Positions 14,350-27,870 are shown, counted from the stretch's first letter. The stretch is DNA of 64,000 bases from Eledone cirrhosa (GCA_964016885.1 OZ024750.1:16058001-16122000), one strand, 5' to 3'. The notes: generated from the sequence alone by a model not told the origin. Made by a program: numbers and translations.

Positions 14350-14578
14350 TACAGTCCACGCTGTAATGTGGTTGTGTAGGTAACATGGTAAAAAGCTCCC
14401 AGTCCACACTGTAAATGTGGTTGGTGTTAGGAAGGGTATCCAGCCGTAGAAAATCTACCAGATAGTCCTATACGAACGAGACACGGTCACCCAACCAATC
14501 TTGCCTCAAATGGGACAATTCCCGTCTAACCCATGCTAGCGTGGAAGATAGACATTAAACGATGATGATGATGATGAA
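14350..14578 (+). mobile_element. SINE-like family D
   Basis: ggtgttaggaaggg.atccagcc...aacccatgctagcgtggaa + (gat)n; similar to 52985-53155. Confidence 0.75.
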
Positions 14579-14657
14579 CTAACCCATTTGATACCAAGGC
14601 ACTTAAAAACACCTATGGTTCTATAATACAATAATACAAAGCTGTTTATTTTAAAGT

Positions 14658-14693
<36 letters not shown>

Positions 14694-14954
14694 CTAAAAA
14701 ACTTCCAGCATAATTTATGGAAGAATCTTTATGTTCCAAAAACCATCTTAATTATGCGAAACTTAGTTTTATTACTAAATCCCTCAAAATTCCTTAGAAA
14801 TATGGCAACAAAAGGGGTTAAAGTCTGTCTCTGGCCCTAGAGGTTCATTGGGCAGGCTGTAGTATATCCTAGTTTTATTTGTGTTAAGCAAAACATCCAG
14901 AATGTGCCAGCTGACAAGAGAGGACTACACAAGCACTAAACTGGTACTTTATTT

Positions 14955-15168
14955 TAATCATTTAGCATTTACATTACTCTATATTTATGATTGTATTTTC
15001 ACAGTATAGGCTTTACCTCACATAATATCGAATCTATGAGATTTTGATATTATTTATTTTGAGAACAATGCCTTAATGTTGGTATAAATGGCTAGTTACG
15101 GCCAGTTTGAACAGAAAGAGATGAGAGAATTCTGGCCAGATACGACTGGTTTAAATGCTAAAGGGTTA
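14955..15168 (+). mobile_element. MITE family B
   Basis: Family B body and right TIR. Confidence 0.75.
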
Positions 15169-15814
15169 AACATTGAAAGGATGAAAGTCGAAGTAAACAT
15201 TAGTAGGAATTGAAACCAGAATGCAGCGAGTCAGAACAAAAATCCAATGTATTATCAACTCTGCTAAATTGGTTATCAAGCAACAAATATACAAATAATT
15301 GCTATTTCCAGACATCTTGTTCCAAATTTGAAAGTTTTGAAATGTTACTTTACAGTAAAAGAACCAGTTCTTAACATACAGAGAACCTCTTTGTTTGAGT
15401 GAGGCCTGTAATTCTTGACTTTTTCTCCAGCGCTCTCTCTCCCTCTCTACCAGTATATCTCTCTATCTCTCTCTAAGCTCCAGTAATATATAGCTTTAAA
15501 TATATCAACCACATGATATATCTTATCTAGAAATTTCACAGATACATTTGTCATTGCATTTCAAGTTCTTTGCAAATAGTACCTTTATTAGTGGCTTTGG
15601 TAAGTTAAAGTGCATGGCCTAGTGGTTAGGGTGATGTGATCACAACCGCAGGGCCAAGGGTTTGATTCCTGAACCAGGCAGTCACAGATACATTTGTCAT
15701 ATCAGATCATGTTCTTTGAATGTTCCACTACTGATGACCTTGTCAAATTAAGGGTGTATGGTTTAGTGGTTAAAGTGTTGGGCTCATGATTAACCTCCTA
15801 ACTAACCCCATACT

Positions 15815-16039
15815 ACCTTTAGCATTTACATTACTCTATATATACTATTATATTTTCATGGTAAAGGCTTTACTTTACATATTTATCTCACATAATATCA
15901 AATCTATGAGATTTTGATGATATTTATTCCGAGAACAATACCATAACATCAGTATGAGCGGCCAGTTATATCCAGTTTGAACAGAAAGAGTAGAGGGAAT
16001 TCTAGCTGAATATGGCCGGTTTAAATGGTAAAGAGTTAA
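15815..16039 (+). mobile_element. MITE family B
   Basis: Family B body. Confidence 0.75.
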
Positions 16040-16800
16040 CCTCCCAACTAACTAGACAGTGGTATTATCTGAGATAAAATGTTCTTATAATTCCTTCCAT
16101 ATGATAACAAGTTAACCTACTACTATATATTACTACTTACTATATTATTCTGTTTAAGGCCATGTATGTGTGTGTTACATACATACATACACACACACAC
16201 ACACATATATACACACACACACACACACATATATATATAAACATATACACACACATTATATATATATATACACACACACATAAACATACATACACACACA
16301 TATACACACACACACACACATATATACACACACACACACACACATACACACACCTATCTAACCCATATCGCATGGAAAAGTGGGGACTGTTGATGTGATG
16401 ATAGTGTCACACACATATATATTCACACACACACCTACATATATATACACTTAGAACTACAAGCACAAACATATATATATATACATACACACACACACAC
16501 ACACACACACATACATACACACACACACACAAATATCACCCCCAGCTGTAGATCAAAGAAATATCAGATGTGAATTATTAATAAACCCTCATATATATAT
16601 ATTGGACTCATTGCTTCAGGAGAAACTAGATAATACATGACACAAAAATCAGTGAATATGGATGAAATAACTTGTTAACCCATTCATTACCATACATCTA
16701 AAGTAAACATGACGGGCCTCTAGGCTCAGGACAGACTTTAACCTTTTGTTGCTAATAAAGAAGTTCGAGAGATGTAGTAATATAACTAACTTACTCATCA

Positions 16801-17029
16801 TTAACCCTTTAGCATTTAAACTGGCCCTATCCAGCTCAAATTGTCTCATCTCTTTCTGTTTAAACCACCTGTAATCGTCCACTCATACTGATGTTAAGGT
16901 ATTGTTCTCAAAATAAATAATATCAAAATCTCATAGATTTGATATTATGTGAGATAATTATGTGAGATAAAGCTTTTACTGTGAAAATATAATAGTAAAT
17001 ATAGAGTAATGTAAATGATGAAGAGTTAA
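16801..17029 (-). mobile_element. MITE family B (reverse)
   Basis: TTAA-ccctttagcattta...aagag-TTAA. Confidence 0.8.
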
Positions 17030-17544
17030 GCTGCTGTTTGGAACAACTTGAAAGTTCTAACATAAAACTATGATACGTTTTTAGATAAATATAAACTCTT
17101 AAAATTAACAGTTTTGTATCATAGAACCAGAAGTGAATTTAGAGATGCTGTGCTAAATAAGACCCATCCCACCCTTGCAAGCAGGGAAAAGCGGACGTAA
17201 AATGATGATGATAATGATGATGATGATGGTATAAAAAGAGTTAAACCCACATATGTATGGTTGGCGCAGTATTGCTACTGTGCCAAATATGTGACATACA
17301 GACTTTCTGTGAATATAGTAAAACATTGATGTTCTATATTTCTTTGTTTTCTTTTCATATCTAAACCAACAGGGAGCCGAGCCACAACAGGAACCAAGAT
17401 CATAAAGAGATGGATGCAAATTACTGTTTTATAATTTAACACTTTCATTTCCATGTTTCTAATGAAAGACACTACTTATGGCTTTCAAGTAATTTTATAA
17501 ACAATCAGTGTGGTCATGTAGGTGTCACGACATATATATTATAT

Positions 17545-17797
17545 ATATATAAGATCAAAAGATGGTTAAATGAGTTCCATGTATTTTATTATGCGCATTT
17601 CAAAAACAAATATCATCATGCAATAATATTTGTTTTCATCAGATAAAACAGGAAGACAAAGTGTTTTTTAACCTTCATATCATGTCTTCCTGTTTTATCT
17701 GATGAAAACAAAAATATTATTGCATGATGATATTTGTTTTTGAAATGCACATAATAAAATACATGGAACTCATTTAACCATCTTTTGATCTTATATA
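17545..17797. mobile_element. Fold-back element (~114-bp arms, 24-nt loop) with a hammerhead motif in each arm; Penelope-like remnant
   Basis: Arms 17545-17658 and 17683-17797; ttttat-CTGATGA-stem II-GAAA-TGC(G/A)CA-TA-ataaaa on both strands. Confidence 0.7.
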
Positions 17798-17887
17798 TTA
17801 TGTATACTCCAGTCCTACAAACTGTAGAGTGCTTCTTATCCGATATCTGCATTACTTTATTGTACTACAATAAAACTCACCTCCTAC

Positions 17888-17930
<43 letters not shown>

Positions 17931-17935
<5 letters not shown>

Positions 17936-18066
17936 AAGAATGAAGAGTAACATGGTTGGCTGTACAATAAGGGGCTTTACTCACCTGATCAATGAAACAA
18001 TTGTCAGTACTTGAAATAAAGCCGCTTATTGTACAGCCAACCATGTTACTCCTCATTCTTTAACTA
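17931..18066. repeat. Inverted repeat (~50-bp arms) next to (TA)n
   Basis: gagtaacatggttggctgtacaataag / cttattgtacagccaaccatgttactc. Confidence 0.8.
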
Positions 18067-18225
18067 TTATTACTCCAAGTATAACCTGCATAGGAAATAC
18101 TGCGACCTCGCTGCCTAACTATGGAAGCATCTTGTTGAGTCAAACAAAGCCGTACGTTAAAACTATCCACGATGCAGAGTACTCACAACCTCGAACTGGA
18201 TTACCTATAACGATAACTTGTTATC

Positions 18226-18295
<70 letters not shown>

Positions 18296-19510
18296 TCTGT
18301 ATAATCAGTTCCTGATTATTACTAGAATTCTATAAGAATCAAACATTCATGATTTTCAGCAAACAGGTGGAGTACTTAGCTTTGATAAGTACCAAAAAGT
18401 ATGAAACAGAGCTCTGTCAGCTTTATCTCCCCCTGTTTGCTGAAAATTTAAAGTAAGTGAGACTATCACTACTCGAAAAGAATAGCGTAAGGTCTTCGAA
18501 ATGCTTTTAATTAAGCATACAGTGTATTGCAAAATACACTGTATATACATTGATATATATATATCGCTATTTCAGAGCACCAATTCTAATTTTCATTTAT
18601 ATATATATATATATATATACATATATGTAACAAAGAGGGTGTCATAAGATAACAGGTGGACCACAACGCACCAGAGTACTCAATACTTAAGGTAACAGAG
18701 TGGGTAATAGGAAAAGTCTGGTGGTTTAGTTCGGATCTAGCTGTCGAAACGGCCCGGAGCTCAGCCGTTGGGGTCCTGACTCTTTACCTATATATATAAA
18801 TATATATATATATACCTGTGTGTGTGGGTGGGGGGGAGGGGCTGCAACCATGAAAGTTTTGCTATAATAGTATCATGCCCTCTCCTCACACTGTTCCCTC
18901 CCACCACATATAAACACCCCCACACAAAACAAGCTGCTACCATATGTAATTTGTGAGAGTTGGCGACAGCAGCTGCTTTATACCAATACTTGTATTGTTT
19001 ACATTCATAAGGAAGATCACAGCTTTCTTCTAATGCCACATCTTCACCACCTCCTCCAAATAATTATTCTGGTGAGCACAATTGAAGGCTTGATGATGGT
19101 GGTGGTGGTGATGATGATGGTGGTGGTGGTGGTTGCAGGGCTGATACTTAAGAAATGACAAACCTATATGTATGTCACAGATTCCTATTGAGAACCATGA
19201 TTAAAGAGCTTCACAGAAAAGTAAACAGAGATAGCAAACATTCCCTCCTTCTCTCCCCCTCTCTCATACACGCATGGCTGTGTGGTTAAGTAGTTTGCTT
19301 CACAACCTTGTAGTTTGAAGTTCAATCTTTCAGTGTAAAACCTTGGGCTACTTTAGCACCCAAATCTTGTGAGTGAATTTGGTAGATGGAAACAGCACAG
19401 AAGCAAGTCAAAATGGAAGTCATCTAATCTCTGTCATTTAATGCTTCATGAAACTAGGATGGGTCTGCCTTTATCTAAATCATGCAAGGCATGTGGCCTA
19501 GTGGTCAGAG

Positions 19511-19696
19511 CAGGATTTCTCAAACTTTTTCAAACATGGAACTCTTTTTGGTTCAGAAACTTTTGGGGGAACCCTAAATTCTAATACTGTTATATGATCG
19601 TAATATAAATATACTCCTCTACCTTTTTTCATGGAACCCAAGATACTCCTTTGCGGAAGCCTTGGGTTTCCGTGGAACCCACTTTGGGAACCACTG
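19511..19696. mobile_element. hAT-like MITE nested in a tRNA-SINE head
   Basis: cagg.tttctcaaac ... tttgggaaccactg ends; 8-bp TSD ggtcagag/ggttagag. Confidence 0.75.
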
Positions 19697-20281
19697 GGTT
19701 AGAGCATTAGATTCACAATCATATGGCTGTGGGTTCAATTCCTGGATGAGGCTGTGTGCTGTGTTCTTAAGTAAGCTGTTTTATATCATAATCAGACAAG
19801 TGCTCTTTATCATTAAAACACCTGAGAAACCTCCAATGAGATGCAACCAGCTAAACCTACAGAGATGTGGGCTGTAATAATAATTAGTGCAGGCATGGAA
19901 AACAAAATGGCAACTGTAAAATAATAAATCTAACTTCTACTCTCTCACTATTTATCAATATAAAAGTTTGGCCTAATTCCTTAGCATTTCTCCCAGTTCT
20001 GCTAGCACCAGTTGGTTCTATTATCAACCTTGTGAGTTATGTGTCAGTTGTAGAAGTCTGTGCGTGTAGGTGGTGGTGGAGGGTAAATAAACTTGGTGAA
20101 CTTTAAGTAAGATTTCATCTAATCCACTAGTGAACTGCTTCAGTCAATTATCCAACAACAATTATCCTAGCTTGCAGGGAGATGTGTGACGTCCATAAAC
20201 AAAGTCAAACAAATATTGTGATGAAGCTGTTGATATTGAAGATATATTTATGGATTTTGAAAAGTTCCTAGCATATCATTA

Positions 20282-20484
20282 TATGAGGGTTGACTGAAAA
20301 GTTCAGAGGCTGACTATAAAGGATTGATGCTAGTGCTGTGAAATCTTGCATGTATTAATTTCAACTTTTCGTATTAATAACTGCAGTATTTCTTTCCAGG
20401 GACTATGTTGAAAAATAAACCTCATTTGGTCATTCCATGAGAGTATCTTGGTTAGCATATGAACTTTTCAGCCAAGCCTTATAT
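20282..20484. mobile_element. Mariner-derived MITE
   Basis: TA-tgagggttgactgaaaagttca ... tgaacttttcagccaagcctta-TA TIRs. Confidence 0.7.
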
Positions 20485-20999
20485 TATGGCTTAGCCACTG
20501 CATAGGGTTTTTTTTTGGGGGGGGGGGGGGTATATAAACAATCTTTTCATTCATTATTCTATTTCTAATGAAACACATAGCTAATGATTTGCAAAAAAAG
20601 TTTGAAAATCATGGTTTTTCCATAAAATTGGGCTGAAGGATTTTTAAATAAATATATTTATCTTAACACATTCAACACTATATTTTAAATTAAATAGTCT
20701 GTAATTTTCAAATAATTTTGAAAATAATCAATAATTTGGAGGTATTTAGAAATATAAATAACTTTTTCATTATTAAACTGCTGATTAAAACACAAAAATT
20801 CTTACATAAAATTGTTTAGATTTTTTTAGATAAAATATAATCATTTTAACTCTTGTTACCATATTTTAAATGAAAACTACAGCCTTTGATTTTCAAATTT
20901 TGAAAATAATCATTAGAATTTATAGGGATTTATAAACATTGCTAACTTTCTCATTATAAAAGGGGTTTTTGGAACATAACTCAAGGGTCTTTCAGCTTA

Positions 21000-21420
21000 G
21001 CTATGTACACCCCACCAATTTCCCCTACCACTATCATTATAGATATGTACTCTCCCCACCTCCTACTACCACTATCTGTATAGTTATGTACCCCCCACCC
21101 CCTACTACCACTATCTGGATAGTTATGTATCCCCTCTCCCTATTGCTATGTACTCCCCCCCCCTCAGTCTCCCCATCACTATCAGTATAGCTATGTACTC
21201 CCCCACCACTATCTGTATAGCTATATACCTCCCTCTCCCCACCACTATCAGTTTAGCTCTGTATCTCCCCCCCCCCTCCTCCCACCACTATCAGTTTAGC
21301 TCTGCCCCTCCCCCCATCAGTCTAGCTCTGTACCTCCCCCCCTCCCCCCACCACTATCAGTCTAGCTCTGTACCTCCCCCTCCCCCCACCACTATCAGTC
21401 TAGCTCTGTACACACTACTA
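21000..21420. repeat. C-rich ~35-40 bp minisatellite
   Basis: accactatc.gt.tagct.tgtacctcccc repeated. Confidence 0.75.
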
Positions 21421-21487
21421 ACCTCATTTGGCTACACTTGAAAAAAGCTGCAGCTATAGAACAGATCATTCACCCCACCCCTCTCTC

Positions 21488-21545
<58 letters not shown>

Positions 21546-21719
21546 TATATATAGTACGACAATGATTATCTCTCTCTCTGTCTCTCTCTCTTGATACACA
21601 AACATACATGAGGTACAGAGAGGGGGAGAGGGGGAGAGGAGGGGAGGGAGGAGGAGGGGAGAGGAGGGGAGGGGGGAGACTGATCAAGGAATCCAGTTAT
21701 AAACAAAGAAAAACAACTG

Positions 21720-22215
21720 ATGAAAGAACAGCAACACCACCACCACCATGAACAACACCACCACCACCACCACCATGAACACCACCACCACCATGAACAG
21801 CAACACCACCACCACCATGTACAACAGCAACACCACCACCATGTACAACAGCAACACCACCACCATGTACAACAGCAACACCACCACCACCACCATGAAC
21901 AGCAACACCACCACCACCACCATGTACAACAGCAACACCACCATGAACAACAACACCACCACCACCACCACCATGTACAACAGCAACACCACCACCACCA
22001 CCACGAACAGCAACACCACCAACACCACCACCACCACCATGTACAACACCACCACCACCACCATGAACAGCAACACCACCAACACCACCACCACCATGTA
22101 CAACAGCAACACCACCACCATGAACAGCAACACCACCAACACCACCACCACCATGTACAACAGCAACACCACCACCATGAAAAGTAACACCACCACCACC
22201 ACCATGTACAACAGC
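21720..22215. repeat. Trinucleotide-derived minisatellite (accatgtacaacagcaacacc)
   Basis: Direct repeats; poly-H/Q/T ORFs are artefacts. Confidence 0.85.
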
Positions 22216-22317
22216 AAAAACAATAACAGTTACCCAGATGATCAGACTTGTGTTATTTTCACACCTTTCCCTTTTACAGAGAATGAATTATTAATGATAT
22301 CCAGGTGTGATATTGTA

Positions 22318-22371
<54 letters not shown>

Positions 22372-22464
22372 AGAAACTTTCAGGAGAGATGGACAGCAGA
22401 AGGTCTTTAACCCCCCCCCCCCCCCCACACACACACACCCACCCACCCACACATACATACACAT

Positions 22465-22610
22465 ATCAACGTTTAACATCCATTTTCCACGCTAGCATGG
22501 GTTGGAGGGCCGTGTTTTGCTCAAAAAGAACTGATTTAGGCTTGATTTCTACAGCTGGATGCCCTTCCTAACACCAACCACATTTACAGTGTGTACTGCG
22601 TGCTTTTTGT
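22465..22610 (-). mobile_element. SINE-like family D copy hosting the 48-bp array
   Basis: tttctacagctggatgcccttcctaacacc runs directly into the array. Confidence 0.75.
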
Positions 22611-24075
22611 CGTGACACCTACACAACCACTCTACAATGTTGGTTGGGTGATTTTTGTTGTGACACCTACACAACCACTCTACAATGTGGGTTGGGTGAT
22701 TTTTGTTGTGACACCTACACAGCCACTCTACAATGTGGGTTGGGTGATTTTTGTTGTGACACCTACACAACCACTCTACAATGTGGGTTGGGTGATTTTT
22801 GTTGTGACACCTACACAACCACTCTACAATGTGGGTTGGGTGATTTTTGTCGTGACACCTACACAACCACTCTACAATGTGGGTTGGGTGATTTTTGTTG
22901 TGACACCTACACAACCACTCTACAATGTGGGTTGGGTGATTTTTGTTGTGACACCTACACAACCACTCTACAATGTGGGTTGGGTGATTTTTGTTGTGAC
23001 ACCTACACAACCACTCTACAATGTGGGTTGGGTGATTTTTGTCGTGACACCTACACAACCACTCTACAATGTGGGTTGGGTGATTTTTGTTGTGACACCT
23101 ACACAACCACTCTACAATGTGGGTTGGGTGATTTTTGTTGTGACACCTACACAACCACTCTACAATGTGGGTTGGGTGATTTTTGTCGTGACACCTACAC
23201 AACCACTCTACAATGTGGGTTGGGTGATTTTTGTCGTGACACCTACACAACCACTCTACAATGTGGGTTGGGTGATTTTTGTTGTGACACCTACACAACC
23301 ACTCTACAATGTGGGTTGGGTGATTTTTGTTGTGACACCTACACAACCACTCTACAATGTGGGTTGGGTGATTTTTGTCGTGACACCTACACAACCACTC
23401 TACAATGTGGGTTGGGTGATTTTTGTTGTGACACCTACACAACCACTCTACAATGTGGGTTGGGTGATTTTTGTTGTGACACCTACACAACCACTCTACA
23501 ATGTGGGTTGGGTGATTTTTGTTGTGACACCTACACAACCATTCTACAATGTGGGTTGGGTGATTTTTGTCGTGACACCTACACAACCACTCTACAATGT
23601 GGGTTGGGTGATTTTTGTTGTGACACCTACACAACCACTCTACAATGTGGGTTGGGTGATTTTTGTTGTGACACCTACACAACCACTCTACAATGTGGGT
23701 TGGGTGATTTTTGTTGTGACACCTACACAACCACTCTACAATGTGGGTTGGGTGATTTTTGTTGTGACACCTACACAACCACTCTACAATGTGGGTTGGG
23801 TGATTTTTGTTGTGACACCTACACAACCACTCTACAATGTGGGTTGGGTGATTTTTGTCGTGACACCTACACAACCACTCTACAATGTGGGTTGGGTGAT
23901 TTTTGTCGTGACACCTACACAACCACTCTACAATGTGGGTTGGGTGATTTTTGTCGTGACACCTACACAACCACTCTACAATGTGGGTTGGGTGATTTTT
24001 GTTGTGACACCTACACAACCACTCTACAATGTGGGTTGGGTGATTTTTGTTGTGACACCTACACAACCACTCTAT
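22590..24075. repeat. 48-bp tandem array, ~31 near-identical copies
   Basis: gtgacacctacacaaccactctacaatgtgggttgggtgatttttgt(t/c); 16-aa periodicity in the ORF track. Confidence 0.95.
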
Positions 24076-24361
24076 AGTTTTCACTGTCTAGAGCAACTCC
24101 TTTGCCCTTGTAGCAGTTGACGATGAAGCTACTATGCCTGTCATTGGGTATGGCACCATTTTGTTTTACAAGAGGGTTTCCTATACAATATGGGTGACTG
24201 TGGTGTGACCCACCATTCATAAGGCTTTCAGCATCTCAGCAACTATCCCTGAGGGTCCAACTGCCCTGCCTGTCTTAATTTCCTTGATTGCCTTACTTGT
24301 ACAACCAATCCCTCTGTTGGGTCGATTTTGGGCAAACTATTTTCTTTCCAAACATTTTCCT

Positions 24362-26525
24362 CATTCACTACCAACCCAACTGAATTCACCATCATCACCA
24401 CCACCACCAACCCAACTACCATCACCATCATCATCACTACCAACCCAACTGAATTCACCATCACCACCACCAACCCAACTACCATCACCATCATCATCAC
24501 TACCAACCCAACTGAATTCACCATCACCACCACCAACCCAACTACCATCAACATCATCATCACTACCAACCCAACTGAATTCACCATCATCACCACCACC
24601 AACCCAACTACCATCACCATCATCATCACCACCAACCCAACTGAATTCACCATCACCACCACCAACCCAACTACCATCAACATCATCATCACTACCAACC
24701 CAACTGAATTCACCATCACCACCACCAACCCAACTACCATCACCATCATCATCACTACCAACCCAACTGAATTCACCATCACCACCACCAACCCAACTAC
24801 CATCAACATCATCATCACTACCAATCCAACTGAATTCACCATCACCACCACCACCAACCCAACTACCATCACCATCATCATCACTACCAACCCAACTGAA
24901 TTCACCATCACCACCACCACCACCAACCCAACTACCATCACCATCATCATCACTACCAACCCAACTACCATCAACATCATCATCACTACCAACCCAACTG
25001 AATTCACCATCACCACCACCAACCCAACTACCATCACCATCATCATCACTACCAACCCAACTGAATTCACCATCACCACCACAACTACCATCAACATCAC
25101 CATCACTACCAACCCAACTGAATTCACCATCACCACCACCACCAACCCAACTACCATCACCATCATCATCACTACCAACCCAACTGAATTCACCATCACC
25201 ACCACCAACCCAACTACCATCACCATCATCATCACTACCAACCCAACTACCATCACCATCATCATCACTACCAACCCAACTGAATTCACCATCACCATCA
25301 CCACCACCAACCCAACTACCATCACCATCATCATCACCACCAACCCAACTACCATCACCATCATCATCACTACCAACCCAACTGAATTCACCATCACCAC
25401 CACCAACCCAACTACCATCACCATCATCATCACTACCAACCCAACTACCATCACCATCATCATCACTACCAACCCAACTGAATTCACCATCACCATCACC
25501 ACCACCAACCCAACTACCATCACCATCACCATCACTACCAACCCAACTGAATTCACCATCACCACCACCACCAACCCAACTACCATCACCATCATCATCA
25601 CCACCAACCCAACTACCATCACCATCATCATCACTACCAACCCAACTGAATTCACCATCACCACCACCAACCCAACTACCATCACCATCATCATCACTAC
25701 CAACCCAACTACCATCACCATCATCATCACTACCAACCCAACTGAATTCACCATCACCATCACCACCACCAACCCAACTACCATCACCATCACCATCACT
25801 ACCAACCCAACTGAATTCACCATCACCACCACCACCAACCCAACTACCATCACCATCATCATCACCACCAACCCAACTACCATCACCATCATCATCACTA
25901 CCAACCCAACTGAATTCACCATCATCACCATCACAAACCCAACTACCATCACCATCATCACCACCACCAACCCAACTACCATCACCATCACCACCACCAC
26001 CAACCCAACTACCATCACCATCATCCCCAACCCAACTACCATCACCATCACCACCACCACCAACCCAACTACCATCACCATCATCACCACCACCAACCCA
26101 ACTACCATCATCACCACCACCAACCCAACTACCATCACCATCACCACCACCACCAACCCAACTACCATCACCATCATCCCCAACCCAACTACCATCACCA
26201 TCACCACCACCACCAACCCAACTACCATCACCATCATCCCCAACCCAACTACCATCACCATCATCACCACCACCAACCCAACTACCATCACCATCATCAC
26301 CACCACAAACCCAACTACCATCACCATCATCACCACCACAAACCCAACTACCATCACCATCATCACCACCACCAACCCAACTACCATCACCATCACCAAC
26401 CCAACTACCATCACCATCATCACCACCACCACCACAACTACCATCAACATCACCATCACCACCACAACTACCATCACCATCACCATCACCATCACTACCA
26501 ATCCAACTGAATTCACCATCATCAT
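24362..26525. repeat. 2.2-kb variable-unit minisatellite (accaacccaactgaattcacc / accaacccaactaccatcacc)
   Basis: Alternating subunits built on ACC/ATC triplets. Confidence 0.9.
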
Positions 26526-26803
26526 TGTTTAACTGCAGTAGCAAACAGCCACAAACTTCCTGATTCCACTGCAATTTTCATAATCAGGTGTGGTACTGTG
26601 CTCAGGGGTAAATATGCGTGTATGAGTGTGTATGCATATGTGTGAGTGTGTATGTGTAGCAGCATCATTGTTCAACTGCAGTAGCAGATGGCCAAAGTGG
26701 GTTGACTGGTCTACCATAACTTTCTTATTATTAAGTTGGCATTTGGAACATAACTTAAAGTATTGATGGAAGGGTTTTAGATCAATATTAATATTTTATC
26801 CTT

Positions 26804-27032
26804 TTAACCATTTAGCAATTACATTACTCTATATATACTTTTGTATTTTTGTGATAAAGGCTTTATCTTACATAATTATCTCAGATAATATCGAATCTAT
26901 GGGATTTTGATATTATTCATTCTGGGAACAGTACCTTAACATTAGTATGAGTGGCCAGTTATAGCCTGTTTGAACAGAAAAAGGTGAGTGAATTTTGGCT
27001 GGCTATAGCCGGTTTAAATGCTAAAGGGTTAA
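26804..27032 (+). mobile_element. MITE family B
   Basis: TTAA-flanked family B body. Confidence 0.75.
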
Positions 27033-27184
27033 TTATCATATTTCTAATGAAAAACATTGCCAATGATTTTAAAATAATTTCGAAAATAACAAAAATTTTG
27101 GAGGGATTAAATAAAATTACTTTCTTGTTAAAAAGCTAGTACATAAATATTCTTATATACAATTATGATGGAAGGTTTTTATAA

Positions 27185-27375
27185 TAATTGTTTCTAATTT
27201 TGGCACAAGGCCAGCAATTATCCCAGTGCGTTACTGGTACTTTATTTTATCGACCCCGTAAGGATGAAAGGAAAAGTCAACCTCGGTGGGATTTGAACCC
27301 AGAACGTAAAGAGCCATAACTATGCTGCAAAGCTTGGCATCTGACTCCCAACTGATACTGCCAATCCACCGCCAT
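27185..27375 (-). mobile_element. SINE family A
   Basis: Core and B box. Confidence 0.85.
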
Positions 27376-27451
27376 TTTTTAATAAAAGATACTTCTTATG
27401 ATTTACAAATAATTTGAAAATAATCAAGAATTTGAAGGAATGTAGTAATAT

Positions 27452-27642
27452 AACTGTTTCTACTTTAGGCACAAGGCCAACAATTACCCAGTACATTACT
27501 GGTACTTTATTTTATCGACCCCGTAAGGATGAAAGGCAAAGTTAACCTCGGCGGGATTTGAACTCAGACTGTAAAGGGACTTAACCCTATGCTAGAAAGC
27601 ATGGCGTCCAACCCTCTACCGATACTGCCATTTCACCGCCCT
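27452..27642 (-). mobile_element. SINE family A
   Basis: Core and B box. Confidence 0.85.
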
Positions 27643-27682
27643 TTGTAGTAATATAATGTAGTAATATAACACTTTCTTATTA

Positions 27683-27870
27683 AGATTGGCAGTATCAGTT
27701 GAGGGTCGGACAATATGCTTTGCAGCATAGAGTTACGACCATTTACAGTCTGAGTTCAAATCCCGCCGAGGTTAACTTTGCCTTTCACCCTTACGGGGTC
27801 GATAAAATAAAGTACCAGTAACGCACTGGGATAATTGCTGGCCTTGTGCCAAAAGTAGAAACAATTATTA
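27683..27870 (+). mobile_element. SINE family A
   Basis: tggcagtatc...gagttcaaatccc...ggggtcgataaa...acaattatta. Confidence 0.85.

Noticed and set aside
19012-19071. Possible 60-nt plus-strand exon (aag|...TCTG|gtgagc)
   Set aside because: Weak acceptor, low-complexity peptide, no partner exons
22549-24120. ~500-aa Cys/His-rich ORFs, or a CRISPR array
   Set aside because: Pure 48-bp tandem repeat with no spacers, open on both strands, SINE-derived; no cas genes and eukaryotic context
24243-26574. Mucin-like or extensin-like 730-760 aa ORFs
   Set aside because: Open in four frames because of a triplet minisatellite; no signal peptide or clear splice boundaries
27683-27775. tRNA genes
   Set aside because: A/B boxes belong to multi-copy SINE heads; no complete cloverleaf
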